From the NCBI GenBank assembly GCA_963676835.2, contig CAXXFF010000002.1:992001-1056000 (forward strand): a stretch of 64,000 bases of DNA. Direction: 5' to 3'. The notes under the pieces were generated by a model. It made no database searches. It was not told where the DNA came from and saw nothing but the letters and a program-made list of their open reading frames with translations. Position numbers and translations under genes: made by a program. This DNA is from Marispirochaeta sp. Its GTDB lineage: Bacteria; Spirochaetota; Spirochaetia; JC444; Marispirochaetaceae. Shown piece after piece: positions 58,148-64,000 of the stretch (position 1 is the first letter of the stretch; each line of letters starts with the position of its first letter).

Positions 58148-58939
58148 TCAGGTGCTGAGCTTGAGAATCCTCATGGCTCCCTGGACTACCAGAATAAAAA
58201 CAATAGTACCTACAATCAGATCCGGAATTCCTGTATTCAGGAGATATACCAGAGACCCGGCAATAATTACCCCCAGATTGATAATTATATCGTTGGAGGT
58301 AAAAATCATACTGGCCCGCATATGTGCTTCACGGCTTTTAGACTTTTGCAGAATGTACAGACAGGCAGAATTTGCAGATAGTGCCATAAGTGAAAGGATG
58401 ATCATGGCCAGAAACTCCGGCATCAATTCAGCGGCGATAAATCTTCTGATAACTTCTGCCATTCCAATCAGAGCCAGAATCAGCTGAAAAATCCCCGCAA
58501 GTCTGGAAATACGATTCTTAAGAATCAGTGTACCGCCTACAGCAAACAGGCTGATGGCATAAACAAATGAGTCGGCCAGCATATCAAGGCTGTCTGCAAC
58601 CAGGCCCATGGACTGTGCGATCAATCCGAATACCATTTCAAGGATAAAAAAGGAGAAATTAATTATCAGAACCTGCCATAAAATTCTGCGCTGATTATTT
58701 TCCTCGGCAAACTGGGGCTTTTCAACCTCTTCAGAAGCAATCATCCTTCCGCCAAGATTCAGATCGAGTATTGAAGAGGAAATCTCTGCAAGTTTCCCTG
58801 TGTGATAAACAAAGATCCGTCGCTGGGCAATATCAAAATCTATATGTTGTATTTCATTAAAGCCTTCCAGTTTTATTCGAATCAGATTTTCCTCGGAAGG
58901 GCAGTCCATTTTTTCTATGCGATATTCTGTTTTCTGCAT
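58148..58939 (-). CDS. Cation transporter (CDF-like) with N-terminal HMA-like domain
   Basis: MDCPSEE, INFSFF..E, ADSLDMLAD, SNDIIIN, PDL. Confidence 0.88.
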   Translation of the reverse strand: MQKTEYRIEKMDCPSEENLIRIKLEGFNEIQHIDFDIAQRRIFVYHTGKLAEISSSILDLNLGGRMIASEEVEKPQFAEENNQRRILWQVLIINFSFFILEMVFGLIAQSMGLVADSLDMLADSFVYAISLFAVGGTLILKNRISRLAGIFQLILALIGMAEVIRRFIAAELMPEFLAMIILSLMALSANSACLYILQKSKSREAHMRASMIFTSNDIIINLGVIIAGSLVYLLNTGIPDLIVGTIVFILVVQGAMRILKLST

Positions 58940-59003
58940 TACATCCTCATATATACTATCCTAGCTGCTTACAATGTTACCGTCATTTCGCAAAAGTATG
59001 CTT

Positions 59004-59831
59004 CTACCACATGATAATCTCGGTTTTATCTTCTTCACTTGCAATATTAAACTGAAAGTAGTACTGAAGCCCGTTCTTCGAAGCCTGTGTTATATCCGGA
59101 ATAAACAGGGATTCTTCCTGTTTCAGGTTTGCGGTTTCAATATCAAGGGAGTAGATTAAATGGTTTTCATCAGTATCGTCCATTTTGGTTTCAAGGGGAG
59201 TGATTGTCAGTACTCCGTTTCGGTTCAGCCCGCTCTGCAGATTCAGGAAGCTGGAAAAATAGAGTTTTCCTGCTCTCCAACCGATCAGCCCGACTGTTCC
59301 CGGATATACATTGGTTGACATAATGGTATCTCCATCACGGCTTACCTTTATATCCGGGTGACCTTCTCCCGATGCATCCGTCGCCCAGCTTCTGCTTTCG
59401 GGATCATAGTCGACTGCCCAGCGCTGATCGGCCGAGCTGAACCGTATGTAGTCGAACCGGTAATCCGGTATAAACGAGAGGCTTGTAAAGTCAAAACAGG
59501 CAACTCCCTCCGGGCATTCTGCACATTTTTCTGCAAGGATAATTAAACCGGAGTCGTCGACGGTCCATTCCACATCCCGGATCTCCAGGTAATCCGGTAC
59601 TGTAACCTGAATAATACTCTTTAGGGGTTCCGCTTCAATTATACAGATTCCACTTCCAGCCTCGTTCGTTGTGACCAATGCAAGCCGGTTCCCGGTGTTG
59701 GCCCATGACCAGGTCTGAAGTCTACCTTCAACAGTAATTCTGGCGGGGTATTCCGGTGTATCTGACAGAAGGGGTGTCTGAGTAAGTGTCAGCAGGAAAA
59801 AGAAGCTGATAATGTGGTTCGATCTGATCAT
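59004..59831 (-). CDS. Hypothetical exported protein (beta-propeller-like repeats possible)
   Basis: Signal peptide. WSWANTGNRLA and VEWTVDDSGLI segments. Confidence 0.55.
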   Translation of the reverse strand: MIRSNHIISFFFLLTLTQTPLLSDTPEYPARITVEGRLQTWSWANTGNRLALVTTNEAGSGICIIEAEPLKSIIQVTVPDYLEIRDVEWTVDDSGLIILAEKCAECPEGVACFDFTSLSFIPDYRFDYIRFSSADQRWAVDYDPESRSWATDASGEGHPDIKVSRDGDTIMSTNVYPGTVGLIGWRAGKLYFSSFLNLQSGLNRNGVLTITPLETKMDDTDENHLIYSLDIETANLKQEESLFIPDITQASKNGLQYYFQFNIASEEDKTEIIMW

Positions 59832-59989
59832 ATTGAAAGTTTTTCCTCTGGAAAATTAACCTGTTTTGTCTCTGTCTAATATAAGCTTCCAGCTTCATCT
59901 GGAATAGAGGCAATTTGACAAACCTGCTGGAAGCATTAAGCTTAGTGTAATAACCCGTACTGCGGGTTGTCCTAAATAAGGAAGCACAA

Positions 59990-62113
59990 TTGTCCGGAAG
60001 CAGGGAAAACATTAAAACATTACTTCTTGTAGAAGATGAAGTTTTAATCGCCATGGGTAAACAGGTAGAGTTGGAAAGGTATGGATATCAGGTGGTTCTT
60101 GCGAATACCGGCGAGAAGGCTGTTGCCCGTGTTAAGGACGATCCGGCCATCGACCTTGTTCTTATGGATATAGATTTAGGCCCTGGAATAGACGGAACAG
60201 AATCAGCTGAGTTGATTCTCAAGGACCGGGAAATTCCAATAGTCTTCCTCTCAAGTCACATGGAACCGGAAATTGTAGAAAAGACCGAGATAATCACATC
60301 TTACGGTTATGTAGTGAAAAGTTCAAACATTACAGTTCTTGATGCTTCCATTAAAATGGCTTTCAAACTTTTTGACGCCAACATGAAAATTGAAGAAAGT
60401 AATGAAAAGCAGAAAACCATGCTGTCCAACATTACGGATGTAATCAGTATTATTGACGCTGAGGGAAAAGTTCAGTATATCAGCCCCAATATTCAAAAGT
60501 GGTTTGGCTGGTCTACGGAAGAGATGACAGGATCAAGTGGTTTCCAGAATATACACCCCGATGATCTTCAGCGTGCACAAGCTGTGTTTGCTTCAGTTGT
60601 CAGACAGCATGCTGCCGTAAAAACAATTAACTTAAAATACAGATGTGCAGACGCATCATACAAACCTATAGAACTCTCATGCCTGAATCTAATGAACGAT
60701 CCGGCTATAAACGGGGTTCTGATAAATTACCGGGATATTTCCCAGCGGATAAAATATGAAGACAGGAATACTGCAAATCTTAATTCACTGATAAATAATC
60801 GCCAGGAGTCTATCTGGTCTATCGATAGAGATTATAACTACATTATCCTGAACGATTTTTTTAAAAAAGCGTATTATGATGTTTATGCTACCTACCTGAT
60901 AAAAGGTACAAATGCTCTGGATGCGCTTCCTGCCGACCAGTTGGTGTTGTGGAAATCAATGTACGATACTGCACTATCAGGCGAGTCTGTTGTCTTCGAG
61001 TTTAAAAATCCGAAAGATCAGTTATATCAAGTTTCCTTGAATCCTATTATTACAAATAATATTGTTACCGGAGTAACCGCATTAAGTGTGGATATTACTG
61101 AACAAAGAAGGATTGAAGAACTTGCATTAGAGAGTAATGAAAAATACAAATTAGTGTTTGATAACAGCATGGACGGTATTCTTTTTACGGCTCCAGACGG
61201 TTCAATTATCTCGGCAAACACCAGGGCTTGCGAAATCCTGGAGAGTTCCGAATCTGCGCTTATAGAGAAAGGACGCGGAGGGGTTGTAGATGTCAACGAT
61301 CCACGGCTGCCCGGGGCTTTATCCCAAAGAGAAGAGCTGGGGTATTTTAACGGTGAACTCTCCTTCCTTCGAGGGAACGGTGAGGTTATTCCCGTAGAAC
61401 TTACGTCCTGTATTTTTCTCGATCGTGAACAAAGAAAACGAAGTTATATTTCCTTCAAGGAACTCAGTGAGATAAAAACAAAAGAGAGAGAGCTTGAGAA
61501 AGCACTTGAAGAAAAAGAGTATCTGATGAAAGAGATGAATCATCGGGTAAAAAATAATTTATTCATGGTCTCTTCGCTTCTGAGTATGAAAAATTTATCA
61601 CTGGGTGAGCAGGTCGATCTGTCAGATATAATAAGTCAAATTGATGCAATTACAATTATACATGAGAAGCTTTCCTATCAGTCGGAAAATATTGATCAGA
61701 TTGATTTGGCGGACTATATAGAGGAACTGCTTTCATCGGTTTTCTCTCTGAACAATGCTCCTGTTCAGGTTGAGCAAAGAGTTCCGAAATTTCTAATAGA
61801 TGCGCGCTCAGCAATAGCTATTGGACTTATTGTAAATGAGCTCGCAACTAATGCAGTAAAACACGGGTTCAGTAACAGTTCCGACCCACGGTTTATTATA
61901 GAATTTAAACAAGCCCTATCTGCGGAAAAAAGGTTTGTGTTAACGGTGTCTCATACCGGAGATCCTTTCCCTGACGATATTGATTTCAGTAATACTCAAA
62001 CACTTGGATTAAGGTTGATATCCGCTCTGGTGGAACAGCTGTCAGGAGAATTTGAGTTGAAGCGACGGCCACATCCTGAATTTACTATCCGCTTTCCTTT
62101 AGAAAGATCGTAA
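59990..62113 (+). CDS. REC-PAS-PAS-PAS histidine kinase (HisKA_2 type)
   Basis: LLLVEDE, LMDIDLG, three PAS domains, EMNHRVKNNL, NELATNAVKHG. Confidence 0.9.
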   Translation: MSGSRENIKTLLLVEDEVLIAMGKQVELERYGYQVVLANTGEKAVARVKDDPAIDLVLMDIDLGPGIDGTESAELILKDREIPIVFLSSHMEPEIVEKTEIITSYGYVVKSSNITVLDASIKMAFKLFDANMKIEESNEKQKTMLSNITDVISIIDAEGKVQYISPNIQKWFGWSTEEMTGSSGFQNIHPDDLQRAQAVFASVVRQHAAVKTINLKYRCADASYKPIELSCLNLMNDPAINGVLINYRDISQRIKYEDRNTANLNSLINNRQESIWSIDRDYNYIILNDFFKKAYYDVYATYLIKGTNALDALPADQLVLWKSMYDTALSGESVVFEFKNPKDQLYQVSLNPIITNNIVTGVTALSVDITEQRRIEELALESNEKYKLVFDNSMDGILFTAPDGSIISANTRACEILESSESALIEKGRGGVVDVNDPRLPGALSQREELGYFNGELSFLRGNGEVIPVELTSCIFLDREQRKRSYISFKELSEIKTKERELEKALEEKEYLMKEMNHRVKNNLFMVSSLLSMKNLSLGEQVDLSDIISQIDAITIIHEKLSYQSENIDQIDLADYIEELLSSVFSLNNAPVQVEQRVPKFLIDARSAIAIGLIVNELATNAVKHGFSNSSDPRFIIEFKQALSAEKRFVLTVSHTGDPFPDDIDFSNTQTLGLRLISALVEQLSGEFELKRRPHPEFTIRFPLERS

Positions 62114-62238
62114 GATCCTTCAGCGGTATAAATACACTCTTAAATCTAATAATTAAACCATTGCCACAGTCTATTTATGCTACTATATGTGAGCATCATT
62201 GTGAGTTTAGTTCAACATCGCAGCATAGGGAGGCGTTT

Positions 62239-63273
62239 ATGCGTGCACTGGTAAAGTTTAAAGAAGGCTATGATGGTCTTGAGATACGGGATATGCCGAT
62301 CCCGGTTCCGAAGGCTAATGAGGTTCTGGTAAAGGTTCATTCCTGCGGGGTCTGCGGTACGGACCTGAAAATACAGGAAGACGGTTTTCCCTATACACCT
62401 CCGGTAATCATCGGGCATGAGTTTTCCGGAACCATTGAATCTGTCGGTTCCGCGGTAAACGGCTGGGCTCCCGGGGAGAGGGTAATTGCAGAACAGCATT
62501 TTCATCATTGCGGTAAATGTGAGTACTGCCTCACCGGCAGGCGTCAGTTTTGTCCTTCGAAGAAATCTCCCGGATATTTTTCCGACGGTGCTTTTACTGA
62601 GTACATTGCGGTGGAAGAGTCCCTTCTTCATAAAATTCCTGAAAACCTGACCTTTGAGCAGGCCGCCCTGGTTGAGCCCATGGGTATTGCCGCATCTGCA
62701 ATTCTCGGTAAAGCCGGGGTAAATCCCGGAGAGTTTGTAGTAATTCTGGGTACCGGGCCCATTGCCCTACTTGCCCTTCAGATGGTGAAGGCTGCAGGAG
62801 CATCCCATGTGGTGACCACCGGGCTTGATGCGGATGAAGATTCCCGCTTCAAGGCGGCCCTCGCATTCGGTGCTGATATGACCATAAATGTTCAGCGGCA
62901 GGATCCTGTAGCTGTGGTAAAAGAGACTACCGGCGGTAAAATGGCCGACCTGGTTATCGACCTGTCCGGGGCTGCACCGGCGATTCTCTCCGGATTCAAC
63001 ATGCTCAAAAAAGACGGCCGCTTCTGTGCAATCGGTCTTCCCCATGGAAATGTGAACTTTCCCTGGGCTGATGCTGTGCTCAAAGCGGTTACGGTCTTCT
63101 TCAGTTTCAGCTCCGATTTCCGCGCCTGGGAACGTTGTCTTCAGATGATGTCGGATGGAAAGATAAAAACCGACGGATTTACCGATAACTGCTATCCACT
63201 GGAAAAATGGTCCGAGGCTCTGGATATGGCCAGAAGCGGAAAGGCGCTGAAGGTGATAATTCAGCCGAGTTGA
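62239..63273 (+). CDS. Zinc-dependent MDR dehydrogenase (sorbitol/threonine dehydrogenase-like)
   Basis: CGVCGTD, GHEFSG, CGKCEYC...C, GTGPIA. GGGAGG RBS. Confidence 0.9.
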   Translation: MRALVKFKEGYDGLEIRDMPIPVPKANEVLVKVHSCGVCGTDLKIQEDGFPYTPPVIIGHEFSGTIESVGSAVNGWAPGERVIAEQHFHHCGKCEYCLTGRRQFCPSKKSPGYFSDGAFTEYIAVEESLLHKIPENLTFEQAALVEPMGIAASAILGKAGVNPGEFVVILGTGPIALLALQMVKAAGASHVVTTGLDADEDSRFKAALAFGADMTINVQRQDPVAVVKETTGGKMADLVIDLSGAAPAILSGFNMLKKDGRFCAIGLPHGNVNFPWADAVLKAVTVFFSFSSDFRAWERCLQMMSDGKIKTDGFTDNCYPLEKWSEALDMARSGKALKVIIQPS

Positions 63274-63290
63274 GACCTTCGGAATATTGC

Positions 63291-63340
63291 TGCAAGGTGT
63301 AAGCCCGGTATCATTTACCGTAACAGGATTACACCTTGCA
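63291..63340. terminator. Hairpin between convergent genes
   Basis: TGCAAGGTGTAA(63291-63302)/TTACACCTTGCA(63329-63340) with an inner CGGTA/TACCG stem. Confidence 0.55.
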
Positions 63341-63372
63341 TTTAAAAAAGTCAGAAAAGAAAGATAGACTGC

Positions 63373-64000
63373 TTACGCTTTTTCTCCCCGTGCCAGCCGT
63401 ACATGGGAGTCGGCCATCTCGTAACCGGCTGCCTGGGCACAGGCGGTATTCAGATCCAGGGCAGTAACTGCTGCGGCACAAATCTCCGCAAGACGCATTA
63501 CATGATTATTATCCTCGGGACTGGTTCCGCATCCGGCGCAGTCGATCAGCGAGAGGGCTTCTTTCGCTGTTCCGAAGGCTGCTCCTCCGCCGATGGTGGC
63601 CACTTCAAGAGAGGGGAGAGAGGCGGTAAAGCGCAGATTGTCTCCAATCTCCTCGGCCTGAATAAAGCAGCTGGAAGAGGTGATTACCTGTGCAAGATCC
63701 TGTCCGGTGGCGGCAAAGAACGCCGCAATGGTATTGGCGGCATTTACATTAAAACCAGTCAGTGTACCGCTGAAAGATGAGCCAAGGTAGCATTTATGAA
63801 AAACCACCTTCTCGACACTTCTCGGGGTAACACCTTTCTTGAATACCTCGGTAAGGACCTCTGCGGGAACTATCACTTCAGTCTCAACGGATTTTCCCCT
63901 GCCGTTTAACACATTTATATGGGCAGCTTTTTTGTCGGTGCAGACATTGCTGCTGATGGTTACCAGCTTCCAGCCTTCTTTCCGCTTCAGAACCTCACGG
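63373..64000 (-). CDS. Class I HMG-CoA reductase-like protein, C-terminal part (5' end outside window)
   Basis: Frame open to the window edge. SSNVCTDKKAAHINVLNGRGKSV, AAN...ATGQD.AQ, LPSLEVATIGGG, C-terminal SH. Confidence 0.85.
   Translation of the reverse strand, partial: REVLKRKEGWKLVTISSNVCTDKKAAHINVLNGRGKSVETEVIVPAEVLTEVFKKGVTPRSVEKVVFHKCYLGSSFSGTLTGFNVNAANTIAAFFAATGQDLAQVITSSSCFIQAEEIGDNLRFTASLPSLEVATIGGGAAFGTAKEALSLIDCAGCGTSPEDNNHVMRLAEICAAAVTALDLNTACAQAAGYEMADSHVRLARGEKA

Noticed and set aside
62239..63273. Zn-dehydrogenase as the missing IolM of the island pathway
   Set aside because: About 33 kb away and outside the island; only generic MDR motifs support it.

Overview
A gene-dense bacterial window, probably from an anaerobe; gene content would fit a free-living spirochaete, but that is inference. 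I found no rRNA, tRNA, CRISPR array, integrase or transposase. In order, it holds: (1) two type II toxin-antitoxin-like pairs (DUF6364/PIN, and DUF4160/DUF2442 with a frameshifted DUF4160); (2) many signalling genes (two hybrid kinases, two HisKA_2 kinases, one HD-GYP and four GGDEF proteins, including an ammonium transporter-GGDEF fusion and a GGDEF coupled to a CarH-type B12-binding protein); (3) a probable copper-regulated unit with a CsoR-type palindrome, an unannotated 45-aa LDCC peptide and a multicopper oxidase; (4) a ~7.8 kb AT-rich island bounded by a direct repeat of the oxidase 3' end, carrying a FadR regulator, a sugar ABC transporter, an IolN-like hydrolase and a VOC enzyme; (5) a PLP enzyme-DUF1611-epimerase operon; (6) a bacterial LIM/DA1-like zinc peptidase; (7) a 13-gene Mrp-Mbx/Mbs-type membrane oxidoreductase operon with no NiFe site, a fused H/H' subunit, a NuoI-GltD fusion and a terminal ferritin-like gene; (8) the 3' part of a class I HMG-CoA reductase. 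Family calls come from motif recognition by eye, not database searches.
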